Positions 1 through 9,143 of a DNA stretch of 20,330 nucleotides are shown here, piece by piece. The stretch is from Halalkalibacterium halodurans (GTDB lineage Bacteria > Bacillota > Bacilli > Bacillales > Bacillaceae_D). The notes under the pieces are model-generated. The model was given only the letters and a program-made list of their open reading frames with translations. It was not told where the DNA came from and made no database searches. Numbering within the stretch: the stretch's first letter is position 1; each line of letters starts with the position of its first letter. The position numbers were made by a program, and so were the translations under genes. The DNA is taken from contig NZ_SNUY01000011.1 in the NCBI RefSeq assembly GCF_004376175.1, positions 1 through 20,330 of the forward strand, written 5' to 3'.

Positions 1-236
1 TTTGCGTACAAATACGCAGAAGGAGCACCACACTTCGGACAACATAAGGTAGACGGTACGGGCGTAGAATTCGCTCGTCGCTGTACTGGTTTTAACGGTT
101 TCCCTTTGGATTGAAGGTGTTCCGCTAATAAAAGCTGATAATCGAGCCTTTCTAGTTTTTCAATGATAGGTAAATCATCAATTTGAAGCTTTCGATAAGG
201 CTGATTAACAGGAGCTTCTTTTGGTTTATCGAACAT
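1..236 (-). CDS. Window-truncated ORF (first 78 codons). Putative IS transposase N-terminus with a CxxC zinc-ribbon-like motif; family not assignable.
   Basis: Hand translation of the reverse strand from ATG at 236-234 gives MFDKPKEAPVNQPYRKLQIDDLPIIEKLERLDYQLLLAEHLQSKGKPLKPVQRRANSTPVPSTLCCPKCGAPSAYLYA..., open to the window edge. It is absent from the ORF track because it has no stop inside the window. The transposase call is an inference from the CPKCG motif and from the neighbouring ABC ATPase gene being cut off at its 5' end. Confidence 0.4.
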   Translation of the reverse strand, partial: MFDKPKEAPVNQPYRKLQIDDLPIIEKLERLDYQLLLAEHLQSKGKPLKPVQRRANSTPVPSTLCCPKCGAPSAYLYA

Positions 237-455
237 GCTTTTTCCAATCAAAAGAGTAAGCAAAGTTCGAATAATTTGTTCTTGATAGTTTATAAAAGTT
301 AATAAATAGGTTATAATTTGAGGGTACAAATTGTCACTTCCTTTTCTGGAATTGGGTCTATGGTAACCTCAATTATCTACAGAAATCAGGGGGTGGCAAT
401 TTTTTTGCTTATAAAGCCCTCTAACATAGGATTTAATAACCTATTTTTATATAAA

Positions 456-1315
456 GTTTTGACAATACGTGAAGTACAGCGGGGAGAGATTTATGGTTTT
501 ATCGGACCAAATGGTGCTGGTAAATCGACAACAATTCGTATATTGCTTGGGATTTTAAAGGCTTCTGAAGGAGAGGCAAAAATTTTTGGCAAGGATGTAT
601 GGAGTGACGCTGTAGAAATCCATAAGCACCTTGCATACGTTCCGGGGGATGTGAGCCTTTGGCCTAACTTAACAGGAGGAGAAGTCATCGATTTGTTTAT
701 GAAGCTGCGTGGTTCAGTGGACAAGAAACGCCGCGATCACTTTATTGAGAGATTCAAACTTGATCCTTCGAAGAAATGTCGAACGTATTCAAAAGGGAAT
801 CGGCAAAAGGTGGCTTTAGTCGCGGCGTTTGCGTCAGGAGCAGATCTCTATATTTTAGATGAACCGACCTCTGGTCTTGATCCGCTCATGGAACGGGTGT
901 TTCAAGAATGTGTGTTAGAGGCGAAAGAAGCAGGAAAAAGCGTTCTTCTTTCCAGCCATATTTTATCTGAGGTTGAGAGATTGTGTGATAAGGTGGGGAT
1001 TATTCGTCAAGGTGAAATGATTGAAACGGGAACATTAGATGAACTCCGCCACTTAACAAGAACCACTTTAGTCGTGAAGACGAAACAACCGATTCCAGCT
1101 TTACAAGAACAAAAAGGTGTCCATGATCTTGCCGAAAAAATGGGGGCTTTTCTTTCCAAGTTGATGCCGAATCTTTGGATGAAGTGATGAAATATGTGAG
1201 TCAGTACGGATTAATTACACTTGAAAGCGCGCCTCCTACGTTAGAGGATTTATTCATGCGCCATTATGAGGGGGCAGGCCAAAGTCCAACATCGCAAGCT
1301 GGAGGTGAGGGGTAA
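456..1315 (+). pseudogene. ABC transporter ATP-binding protein (ABC-2 / drug-exporter type), 5'-truncated and frameshifted
   Basis: Walker [10 protein letters not shown], signature-like YSKGNRQK, Walker [13 protein letters not shown] and H-loop SSH are all present in track ORF 318..1187. The residues before [10 protein letters not shown] do not look ABC-like and have no RBS or start. That frame stops at 1185-1187, but the frame beginning near 1136 continues as ...[48 protein letters not shown]... and ends at TAA 1313-1315, overlapping the permease ATG (TAATG). The frame switch maps to the A6 run at 1135-1140. The left boundary is approximate. Confidence 0.75.
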
Positions 1316-2919
1316 TGTGGGGGCAGCTGTATGAGCAAACAGCGAACATGATCTCGTTTATTCTCCGGCGTGATCGTATCCGTTTGCCTATCTGGATAAT
1401 AAGTTTAACGGCGATCACGGTTATAACGGCCTCGGCGTTTCCTGGGCTCTATTCATCAGATCAGGAGCGGCAAGCAATTGCAGAAACAATGAAAAATCCT
1501 GCGATGACGGCAATGGTAGGTCCAGGATATGGATTAGACGACTATACAGAGGGAGCGATGATGGCGCACCAAATGCTCCTTTTTACTGCAATTGCTGTCG
1601 CAATCATGAGCATATTAATCGTCACCCGTCATACGCGTACAGATGAGGAGGAAGGACGTGTTGAACTCATACGTTCCCTTCCCGTTGGGCGATTAGCAAA
1701 TGTGATGGCAGCGATGGTCGTTTTGCTCGGCACGAACATTCTTTTGGCGGTCATCATTGGATTTAGTCTGTTTTCGTTAGGGATTGAGAGTATAGACTTG
1801 CAGGGTTCTCTCTTATATGGAGCTGCTTTGGGTGGAACGGGAATCTTTTTTGCTGCGGTCACGGCCCTTTTTGCCCAGCTATCGGAAAGTTCTCGTGGCA
1901 CGATCGGATACTCTTTTGCCCTGTTAGGAGTCGCGTATTTAGTCCGTGCGATAGGGGATGTAAGCAGTGAGGCTTTATCTTGGTTCTCACCGCTAGGGTG
2001 GATTTTGCGGACAGAAGTATATGTGAACAATCGTTGGTGGCCACTGCTTCTGACAGTAGGTATTGCTTTCATCATTGGGGGAGTCGCCCTTTATTTAAAC
2101 CGCCGACGAGATTTAGGGGCAGGAATTTTACCATCGAAACCAGGAAAGAAAAATGCCTCCCCGCTTTTACAAAGTCCGTTTGGTCTGGCACTCAGATTAC
2201 AGCGCACGAGCATCATTGCATGGGCGGTCGGAATGTTTATCTTGGGTGCTTCCTATGGATCCATTTTTGGCGATTTAGAATCCTTTCTTGCCAATAATGA
2301 GATGATGCGTCAAGCGTTTGAGCCGATTGAAGGGTTAACGTTAACGGAGCAATTTTTAACGATGCTTATGTCAATTATTTCTATGATTTGTACTATACCA
2401 CCAATCATGTTCGTGTTAAAACTGAAAGGGGAAGAAAAACGGAATCGAACGGAGCACTTGCTTGCGCGGGCAGTCTCTCGCATGCATGTCATGGGGAGTT
2501 ATTTCGTCCTCTCGGTTCTCTTCGGATTTTTAATGCTTCTACTAGCTCTAACGGGACTGTGGCTCGCTGCTTCTTCAGTTATGGAAGAGCCGATTTCATT
2601 AGGAACGCTCTATCAAGCAGGACTCGCCTACTTGCCTGCCATGTGGATGATGATTGGCCTTGCCATGTTGCTCATAGGGCTTATTCCACAAATGACAGGG
2701 ATCACTTGGCTCTATTTAGGATATTCTTTCATTGTCGTTTATTTAGGAGGGCTGCTTCAATTTCCGGAATGGCTTGGTCAGCTCTCGCCGTTTGGTCATA
2801 TTCCTCAGCTACCAGTTGAAGACCTAAACATCTTATCAGTGTCTGTGTTGACAGGCTTAGCCGCTATTTTAGCCGCGATCGGATTTATCGGCTATCGAAA
2901 ACGGGACCTTGCTGGGTAA
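1315..2919 (+). CDS. ABC-2 type exporter permease, about 12 TM, 534 aa (family often annotated as putative antibiotic/polyketide exporter permease)
   Basis: Long ORF with many hydrophobic segments. GGAGGTGA RBS at 1301-1308. The start overlaps the stop of the reconstructed ATPase frame (TAATG). Confidence 0.9.
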   Translation: MWGQLYEQTANMISFILRRDRIRLPIWIISLTAITVITASAFPGLYSSDQERQAIAETMKNPAMTAMVGPGYGLDDYTEGAMMAHQMLLFTAIAVAIMSILIVTRHTRTDEEEGRVELIRSLPVGRLANVMAAMVVLLGTNILLAVIIGFSLFSLGIESIDLQGSLLYGAALGGTGIFFAAVTALFAQLSESSRGTIGYSFALLGVAYLVRAIGDVSSEALSWFSPLGWILRTEVYVNNRWWPLLLTVGIAFIIGGVALYLNRRRDLGAGILPSKPGKKNASPLLQSPFGLALRLQRTSIIAWAVGMFILGASYGSIFGDLESFLANNEMMRQAFEPIEGLTLTEQFLTMLMSIISMICTIPPIMFVLKLKGEEKRNRTEHLLARAVSRMHVMGSYFVLSVLFGFLMLLLALTGLWLAASSVMEEPISLGTLYQAGLAYLPAMWMMIGLAMLLIGLIPQMTGITWLYLGYSFIVVYLGGLLQFPEWLGQLSPFGHIPQLPVEDLNILSVSVLTGLAAILAAIGFIGYRKRDLAG

Positions 2920-2927
2920 ATTCAGTG

Positions 2928-2957
2928 CCTCCTGCCTATTTTAGGGTGGGAGGTTTT
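2928..2957 (+). terminator. Rho-independent terminator after the ABC permease
   Basis: CCTCCTGCC...GGGTGGGAGG hairpin (with G-U pairs) followed by TTTT. Confidence 0.5.
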
Positions 2958-3030
2958 ACATGTGTAAATAGATATGAGCATCTCGTTGAGGACGTGAGGT
3001 AGGTCTCAACTTGAAATAGTGAAATTAAAA

Positions 3031-3058
3031 AGTCTCTTCATTGTGAGAGGCTTTTTTT
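3031..3058. terminator. Second, orphan hairpin with T7 run (A-run on the other side, so potentially bidirectional)
   Basis: AGTCTCTT-cattgt-GAGAGGCT stem of 8 bp (2 G-U), then TTTTTTT, preceded by AAAAA. No CDS lies between it and the previous terminator. Confidence 0.55.
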
Positions 3059-3327
3059 AGTAGGTAAGAACGTATAACGAGAGCTATCTAGCGCAGGATG
3101 AGAAACACGAAGCGCTTCCCGAAAGAGCCCTACGATCAGACAGCAATGGCTTGAAAGCTTTCCTTCTCTTCATTGTTACGGTCCAGTCGCTACGTTTTTG
3201 AAGCGGATGCTTTGCCCTTTTCCTATTCCCCATCAATCTCCTAATCTGTCATTATTCGATGAACCGTTAAAAAATTTCCTCATGAACCGATAATAATAGT
3301 GTAGGTACTTAAGACTAGGAGGTTTCT

Positions 3328-4785
3328 ATGTTTAACATCCAAGATTTAAATAAACAGTACATTGATGGAGAATGGAGGGATGGAAAAAGCCCTCGGGTAC
3401 TTCGTGATCGAAATCCGTACAATCAAGAAGTATTAGCTGAATTTCAAATCGCAACAGATTCAGATGTTGACGCGGCTTACCATGCAGCTTTAAAAGCACA
3501 GAATGAATGGGCCACTGTGAATCCATATAGAAAGCGAGAGATTCTTGAACGGGCCGTTACCTACATCGAAGAACATGAAGAGGAAATCGTTGCAATCATT
3601 ATCGACGAATTAGGTGGCACACGTTTAAAAGCGGCTTTTGAAATCGGACTTGTAAAAAACATGATCAAGGAAGCCTCCACCTTTCCCCTAAGAATGGAAG
3701 GAAAGATTTTACCTTCCACGGAAAATGGGAAGGAAAATCGACTGTATCGTGTCCCAGCTGGGGTCGTGGGTGTTATTAGTCCTTTTAATTTCCCTTTCTT
3801 TTTATCTGTTAAATCGGTGGCACCGGCTTTAGGGGCTGGAAATGGTGTTGTGTTAAAGCCACATGAAGAAACGCCGATTACCGGAGGAACGTTGATTGCC
3901 AAAATCTTTGAAGAGGCCGGTGTTCCAAAGGGGCTCTTAAATGTCGTCGTGACTGAAATTGATGAAATTGGCAACGCTTTTGTTGAGCATCCGATTCCTA
4001 GAATCATTTCATTTACAGGCTCGACGAATGTCGGTAGCCACATCGGTCAACTCGCGGTAAAGCATTTCAAGAAGCCGCTGTTGGAGCTAGGTGGCAACAG
4101 TGCCTTTCTTATTTTCGCTGATGCGGATCTTGACTATGCGGTTCAAGCTGCGACATTTAGTCGTTTTACTCATCAAGGCCAAATATGTATGTCGGCCAAC
4201 CGAATCTTCGTCCAAAGAGATGTATATGATGAGTTTGTTGAGCGTTACGTAGCCAAAGTCGCTTCGCTTAAAGTAGGAGATCCAAGGGACCCTGAAACAG
4301 TCATCGGTCCTGTTATGAACAGCAGGCAAGCAGAAACACTTAAACAAGCAATTGAGAGCGGAATAGCGGCAGGTGCAAAGCCTGTTTTACATGGAGCTAT
4401 TAATGGAAATATGGTCGAACCTACCATTTTAATCGATGCCTCGCCGGAGATGGCGATTGCTCAGGAAGAACTCTTTGGTCCTGTCGTTTGCGTCATTTCG
4501 TTTGATACGGAAGAGGAAGCGGTTGAAATGGCTAACGATACAAAATACGGACTTAGCGGCGCCATTCATACTGCGAATGTGGAACGTGGCGTTGAAATCG
4601 CTAAACGTATTCAAACAGGAATGATTCATGTAAATGACATTACGATCAATGACGAGCCGATTGTTGCTTTTGGCGGGGAAAAACATTCTGGGCTGGGACG
4701 ATTGAACGGTGAGTGGAGCTTAGAAGAATTTACGACATTAAAATGGGTATCAGTTCACTATAGTCAACGGGTTTTCCCATATTAA
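3328..4785 (+). CDS. NAD(P)+-dependent aldehyde dehydrogenase (aromatic/benzaldehyde-vanillin dehydrogenase-like; resembles B. subtilis YfmT from memory)
   Basis: 485 aa. Catalytic-region motifs ELGGNSA (general base Glu) and GQICMSANR (nucleophile Cys), plus FTGSTNVG. Strong RBS TAGGAGG 7 nt upstream of the ATG. Confidence 0.95.
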   Translation: MFNIQDLNKQYIDGEWRDGKSPRVLRDRNPYNQEVLAEFQIATDSDVDAAYHAALKAQNEWATVNPYRKREILERAVTYIEEHEEEIVAIIIDELGGTRLKAAFEIGLVKNMIKEASTFPLRMEGKILPSTENGKENRLYRVPAGVVGVISPFNFPFFLSVKSVAPALGAGNGVVLKPHEETPITGGTLIAKIFEEAGVPKGLLNVVVTEIDEIGNAFVEHPIPRIISFTGSTNVGSHIGQLAVKHFKKPLLELGGNSAFLIFADADLDYAVQAATFSRFTHQGQICMSANRIFVQRDVYDEFVERYVAKVASLKVGDPRDPETVIGPVMNSRQAETLKQAIESGIAAGAKPVLHGAINGNMVEPTILIDASPEMAIAQEELFGPVVCVISFDTEEEAVEMANDTKYGLSGAIHTANVERGVEIAKRIQTGMIHVNDITINDEPIVAFGGEKHSGLGRLNGEWSLEEFTTLKWVSVHYSQRVFPY

Positions 4786-4798
4786 AAAAAGAGGGTTG

Positions 4799-5665
4799 AT
4801 GAAGAAGATGAGCGAACTTATGGAAAAAGATACGAAACAGGATCTGTTGGAAGCATTTGTAAAGGTAGCCCCGTTTTTAAATCAATTAGTTCAGGATGAC
4901 ATTACGGTCGGGGTTTATGATACAGAAAAACTGATCATCAATATTCCTGCCAAAACCTTTTCCCTCAATGTAAAGCCGGGGGACCCGCTTGCGGAAGGAG
5001 ATATTATTACAGAAGCGATTCGGCACAACGCTGAGCGTGCAGCGATTGTGCCAAAAGAGCTGTTCGGCTTTCCTTTGATCGCCAAAGCGATTCCGCTCCA
5101 TGATTCGAAGGGCAAGGTCATTGGCGGTGTCGGAATGGGAACAAGCTTAGAAAAAGCGAACAAGCTGTTTGAAATGGCAGAGAGCTTTTCTGCCATCGTG
5201 GAAGAGACGGCCGCTTCCATTGAAGAGATAAGCGATTCTGTGACAAAGCTGACAGAGCAGGTCACTGATGTATCTTCTCATATGAAAAATGTGAGTGTGA
5301 GCGCGGAGCAAATTGGGGAAATTTCCTCGGTTGTAAGAGGTATTTCCGACCAAAGTAACCTTCTAGGCCTTAACGCGGCCATTGAAGCAGCACGTGCGGG
5401 AGAGTCAGGAAAAGGCTTTTCTGTCGTGGCGAATGAAATTCGGAAGCTTGCGACCAATTCAAAAGAAAACGTCAGTCAAATTAACGATATTACAAATACG
5501 ATACAGGATCTATTAAAAAAGCTAAACGAAGCGTTTTCCGAGATTCACCAGCTGACAGATACACAGGCTGGTTCAATCGAGGAGTTTGCTGCCACCATGC
5601 AGGAAATTAGTCGAAATGCCCAAGATTTAGCAAAGGTAGCAGAAATCTCTCTTCCGAAAGAGTAG
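4799..5665 (+). CDS. Small soluble methyl-accepting chemotaxis protein-like transducer (YfmS-like)
   Basis: No TM segments. The C-terminal half carries the MCP signalling hairpin motif [31 protein letters not shown]. It lies 10-13 nt downstream of the dehydrogenase stop. Start is ambiguous (TTG 4796, ATG 4799 or ATG 4808). Confidence 0.88.
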   Translation: MKKMSELMEKDTKQDLLEAFVKVAPFLNQLVQDDITVGVYDTEKLIINIPAKTFSLNVKPGDPLAEGDIITEAIRHNAERAAIVPKELFGFPLIAKAIPLHDSKGKVIGGVGMGTSLEKANKLFEMAESFSAIVEETAASIEEISDSVTKLTEQVTDVSSHMKNVSVSAEQIGEISSVVRGISDQSNLLGLNAAIEAARAGESGKGFSVVANEIRKLATNSKENVSQINDITNTIQDLLKKLNEAFSEIHQLTDTQAGSIEEFAATMQEISRNAQDLAKVAEISLPKE

Positions 5666-5677
5666 TAACGAGTAAAA

Positions 5678-5727
5678 GGCGGCTTAACGTCATACTTCAT
5701 GACGGTCAGGCGGCCTTTTCTCATTTT
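5678..5727 (+). terminator. Rho-independent terminator after the MCP-like gene
   Basis: GGCGGCTTAACGTCAT-acttc-ATGACGGTCAGGCGGCC imperfect hairpin followed by TTTTCTCATTTT. Confidence 0.55.
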
Positions 5728-5816
5728 ACATAAAAATTAGTTGAGAACAAAAGCGAGCGCTTCCATCATTAAGGCTTTTGCGCAAACAACGGTCATAGTT
5801 TTTTTTCCTAGACGGC

Positions 5817-5846
5817 TTGACATGTTTTAGGACGGTATGCTATCAA
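5817..5846 (+). promoter_or_regulatory. SigmaA-type promoter of htpG
   Basis: TTGACA (5817-5822), an 18-nt spacer ending in TGc, then TATCAA (5841-5846), which gives an extended -10 of TGcTATCAA. Confidence 0.55.
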
Positions 5847-5853
5847 ATAATCG

Positions 5854-5880
5854 TTAGCACTCGTTGCTTACAAGTGCTAA
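5854..5880 (+). promoter_or_regulatory. CIRCE-like inverted repeat (HrcA operator) overlapping the predicted htpG transcription start
   Basis: TTAGCACTC-gttgcttac-AAGTGCTAA compared with consensus TTAGCACTC-N9-GAGTGCTAA gives 17/18 arm positions. The flanking bases extend the palindrome to AATCGTTAGCACT / AGTGCTAACGATT (13 bp perfect). Confidence 0.8.
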
Positions 5881-5979
5881 CGATTTCTTGCACAATCAAA
5901 AAGGGTACCATTTGTACTCATAGGTGTAGTAGCAAGCGAATTTTTAAATGAATCTTAGTCATTGAAAGGAGATAGTGCC

Positions 5980-7857
5980 ATGGAGAGAAAAGAGTTTAAA
6001 GCGGAATCGAAACGGCTGTTAGAAATGATGGTTAACTCCATTTACTCGCAAAAGGAAATTTTCTTGCGAGAGCTCATTTCAAATGCGAGTGATGCGATTG
6101 ATAAAATTTACTACAGAGCATTAAGCGATGATTCGATCACGTTTAACAAGGATGATTATTTTATTAAAGTAACGGCTAACAAAGAGGATCGGACGTTAAC
6201 GGTAAGTGATACGGGAATTGGGATGACGAAAGAGGAGCTTGAAAGCAACCTCGGAACGATTGCTAAAAGTGGGTCGCTTGCCTTTAAAACCGAGAACGAA
6301 AGTAAAGACGGACATGACATTATTGGTCAGTTTGGGGTTGGCTTTTACTCAGCATTTATGGTCGCAGATAAGGTTACCGTTACAACGAAAGCATTAGGAG
6401 AGGAAAGCGGCTATCAGTGGGAATCTACCGGTGCGGATGGTTATACGATTCTACCGATTGCTAAAGAGTCAGTCGGAACAGAAATTACGTTAAAGCTCAA
6501 GGAAAACACGGAGGATGAATCGTACGATGAGTTCCTAGAAGAGTACCGACTACAGAGCATTATTAAGAAGTATTCTGACTTCATCCGCTATCCGATCAAA
6601 ATGGATGTAACGAAGCGTGAGCTTAAGGAAGGTACCGAGGACGAATATGAGGACGTCATTGAGGAACAAACGATTAACAGCATGGTGCCAATTTGGCGGA
6701 AAAATAAAAACGAGCTTAAAGACGAGGACTACACTAACTTTTATCATGAAAAACGGTACGGCTTTGACCAACCGTTAAAGCATATCCATATTAGCGTCGA
6801 TGGGGCTGTTCGATATAACGCGATTCTTTTCATTCCAGAAAACATTCCATTTGATTATTACACGAAAGAATTTGAAAAGGGCCTCGAGCTTTATTCGAAC
6901 GGTGTGCTCATTATGGAGAAATGCCCTGACCTCCTTCCAGATTATTATAGCTTTGTGAAAGGAATGGTCGACTCTGAGGATCTATCGCTCAACATTTCAC
7001 GTGAAATGCTTCAGCACGACCGGCAGTTAAAGTTAATTGCGAAAAATATTAAAAACAAGATTACGAGCCATTTAAAGACGTTATTAAAGGACGAACGGGA
7101 GAAATTCGAGCAATTCTACCGTTCATTTGGTCGCCAATTAAAATATGGGGTGTACAGTGATTTTGGTGCCAATAAAGAGGACTTACAAGATTTGCTCCTT
7201 TTCTACTCTTCGACGGAGAAGAAAATGGTCACTTTAGACGAATATGTGTCTCGCATGAAAGAAGACCAGCCGTATATTTACTATGCGACAGGGGAATCCT
7301 ATGCTCGGATTGAGAAATTGCCGCAAACGGAAATGGTCGCAGATAAGGGATATGAAATTTTATATTTCACAGAAGATGTGGATGAGTTTGCGATTAAAAT
7401 GTTAGCTAGCTATAAAGAAAAAGAATTCCGTTCTGTCTCAAGTGGTGACTTAGGATTCGAAGATGACGAGCAGAAGGATACTGCCGCTGACACGGACGAA
7501 CAGAAAGAGCTGTTTGAACATATGAAAACCATTTTAGACGGCAAAGTGAAAGATGTTCGAGCCTCCAAACGATTGAAATCCCATCCTGTGTGCCTTACTG
7601 CAGAGGGGGAAGTATCAATTGAAATGGAGAAGGTACTCCGAGCGATGCCTGATAATCAAAACGTTCAAGCAGAAAAAGTGTTAGAAATCAATGTGAACCA
7701 TGACGTGTTCGATGTATTGAAGGCATCATTTGAGTCAGATAAAGATAAAGTCGATTTATATACGAAGCTTTTGTACAATCAGGCACTACTCATTGAAGGA
7801 TTACCAGTGGAAGATCCGGTCGCCTTCTCAAATGATATTTGCAAGGTGATGGCATAA
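5980..7857 (+). CDS. htpG: Molecular chaperone HtpG (Hsp90 family)
   Basis: N-terminus [45 protein letters not shown] and the [11 protein letters not shown] / [17 protein letters not shown] motifs are typical of Hsp90 GHKL ATPases. RBS AAAGGAG lies 8 nt before ATG 5980. The track ORF start at 5962 is a TTG inside the RBS region. Confidence 0.97.
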   Translation: MERKEFKAESKRLLEMMVNSIYSQKEIFLRELISNASDAIDKIYYRALSDDSITFNKDDYFIKVTANKEDRTLTVSDTGIGMTKEELESNLGTIAKSGSLAFKTENESKDGHDIIGQFGVGFYSAFMVADKVTVTTKALGEESGYQWESTGADGYTILPIAKESVGTEITLKLKENTEDESYDEFLEEYRLQSIIKKYSDFIRYPIKMDVTKRELKEGTEDEYEDVIEEQTINSMVPIWRKNKNELKDEDYTNFYHEKRYGFDQPLKHIHISVDGAVRYNAILFIPENIPFDYYTKEFEKGLELYSNGVLIMEKCPDLLPDYYSFVKGMVDSEDLSLNISREMLQHDRQLKLIAKNIKNKITSHLKTLLKDEREKFEQFYRSFGRQLKYGVYSDFGANKEDLQDLLLFYSSTEKKMVTLDEYVSRMKEDQPYIYYATGESYARIEKLPQTEMVADKGYEILYFTEDVDEFAIKMLASYKEKEFRSVSSGDLGFEDDEQKDTAADTDEQKELFEHMKTILDGKVKDVRASKRLKSHPVCLTAEGEVSIEMEKVLRAMPDNQNVQAEKVLEINVNHDVFDVLKASFESDKDKVDLYTKLLYNQALLIEGLPVEDPVAFSNDICKVMA

Positions 7858-7866
7858 TGGTTCAAC

Positions 7867-7900
7867 GAGGGAGCTCCAACAGATGGAGGCCCTCTTTTTT
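7867..7900 (+). terminator. Rho-independent terminator of htpG
   Basis: GAGGGAGCTCC-aacagat-GGAGGCCCTC hairpin followed by TTTTTT. Confidence 0.7.
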
Positions 7901-8070
7901 CACTCTTCTTTAAGTTGGCGAAATCCCCTTAGCCCAGCATACATATGGTACAGTTTACAGAGGCGTAGCTTGGTATTAATGTATTGTTATCTATCTAGCG
8001 TTCTCTTGGATGAAGCAAGCGTGTCGTAACAAAGGGTGTTGCTTGTATGCACTATAAACTAAAAAGCCAC

Positions 8071-9033
8071 CTAACTGGCGGCTTTCCGTTTCATTTGAGG
8101 GACGCTTTTCGAAAAGAAGCTATGGGCCATCATCCCGGCGATAATCAGGGCAAGACCGATAACGGCGAGTCCGCTCGGCCATGGGGAGGCGAGCAGCCAC
8201 ACTTCACCGAGAATGACGAATAAGACTTGCGTTGACTGGGTGGCTTCCACTGCTGCTAATTTTGTTTCCTGCTTTCTTACCCGGTCGGTAGCAATAAAAA
8301 ATAAGGTCGTGGCGATTACACCGGAGCTAATGGCAACAATGAAGGTTTGTAGCCACTGGTTGCTAGCCGGTGGGCCAACGGTAACGAAGCCATAGATTGA
8401 TAGAATTGCCCAAAACGGTAGCGACATGAGCGTCATCCCGAAGACGCGCTGGAACGTGTCAAGGCGGGAGCTACACAGCGCCATCATTTTTCGGTTACCG
8501 AGCGGATAGGCGAAGGCAGCCACGAGTACGGGGAAGACGCCGACAACTACATGATGCAAGGATAATGAGCTGATGTGCTGGGCTTGAATGATGACAATGC
8601 CAACGAAAATAACCGACGAAATGATCAAGGCTCGGAGCGGTAGCTTTTGCCGTACGATTGTTTCTCCTTGTTTTGTAACAAATAAGGGGGTGAGCAAAAC
8701 CCCTGCGACAATTGTGAATTGCCACGTGCTTGCCACGAGCCAGCCTGGTCCCGATGCAGCCGCGTAAGTGATCGGTGCATAAAACAACACGAACCCACAA
8801 AAGCTCCACACAAGCCAAGGGAGCGGGTGTTTTTTAATGTCGCTAAACACTTCTCTCACGTTACGACGAAACAGAACGATTAGAAACAAAAAGGGAAGCA
8901 TAAAGAAAAAACGAAGCGATGCGCTCCAGATCCAGCTACCGCCAGAAAGCTCCATTGCTCGATTTAACACAAATGTAACAGCAAAAAACATGGACGCCAC
9001 AATCCCGAGAAGAATTTCCTTCATGCGCATCAC
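8071..9033 (-). CDS. 10-TM DMT-superfamily (EamA / putative multidrug-efflux type) membrane transporter
   Basis: 320-aa ORF that is almost entirely hydrophobic helices arranged as two 5-TM halves. RBS AAAGGA. The real start may be ATG 9030 or ATG 9024 (MKEILLG...) rather than GTG 9033. Confidence 0.85.
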   Translation of the reverse strand: MMRMKEILLGIVASMFFAVTFVLNRAMELSGGSWIWSASLRFFFMLPFLFLIVLFRRNVREVFSDIKKHPLPWLVWSFCGFVLFYAPITYAAASGPGWLVASTWQFTIVAGVLLTPLFVTKQGETIVRQKLPLRALIISSVIFVGIVIIQAQHISSLSLHHVVVGVFPVLVAAFAYPLGNRKMMALCSSRLDTFQRVFGMTLMSLPFWAILSIYGFVTVGPPASNQWLQTFIVAISSGVIATTLFFIATDRVRKQETKLAAVEATQSTQVLFVILGEVWLLASPWPSGLAVIGLALIIAGMMAHSFFSKSVPQMKRKAAS

Positions 9034-9090
9034 GTCCTTTGTATGTATATTATATTTTACTTTAGTACACTATAGCATATTTTACTTACG

Positions 9091-9137
9091 AAAAAAACTC
9101 CACTTTGTCAAAATGACCAAACAAGGCGGAGTTTTTT
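9091..9137 (-). terminator. Terminator-like hairpin downstream of the HxlR-type gene
   Basis: AAAAAAACTCC ... GGAGTTTTTT arms around a long loop that has an internal GTCA/TGAC stem. On the minus strand the stem is followed by T7. Confidence 0.45.
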
Positions 9138-9143
9138 AATTTC

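Noticed and set aside
304-446. 11-bp perfect inverted repeat AAATAGGTTAT (304-314) / ATAACCTATTT (436-446) between the putative transposase start and the truncated ABC gene
   Set aside because: The sequence is AT-rich, and about one such match within 200 nt is expected by chance in a 20-kb window. It may belong to the IS end, but that cannot be supported from one copy.
318-455. N-terminal 46 codons of track ORF 318..1187 ([46 protein letters not shown])
   Set aside because: The region is AT-rich with no RBS and no similarity to ABC ATPase N-termini. It is most likely non-coding IS-end or junction sequence that happens to be open in frame.
5737-5796. 19-codon minus-strand ORF (MTVVCAKALMMEALAFVLN) between the MCP terminator and the htpG promoter; considered as a type I toxin-like peptide
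   Set aside because: It is too short for a membrane-spanning toxin, the RBS is weak (AGGA with 9-nt spacer), and there is no visible antisense RNA structure. It cannot be distinguished from chance.
8837-9139. 100-aa plus-strand ORF spanning the DMT transporter start and its promoter region
   Set aside because: It overlaps the 5' end of the transporter gene on the opposite strand and runs through the AT-rich promoter and terminator. It has no RBS and its sequence is not protein-like.
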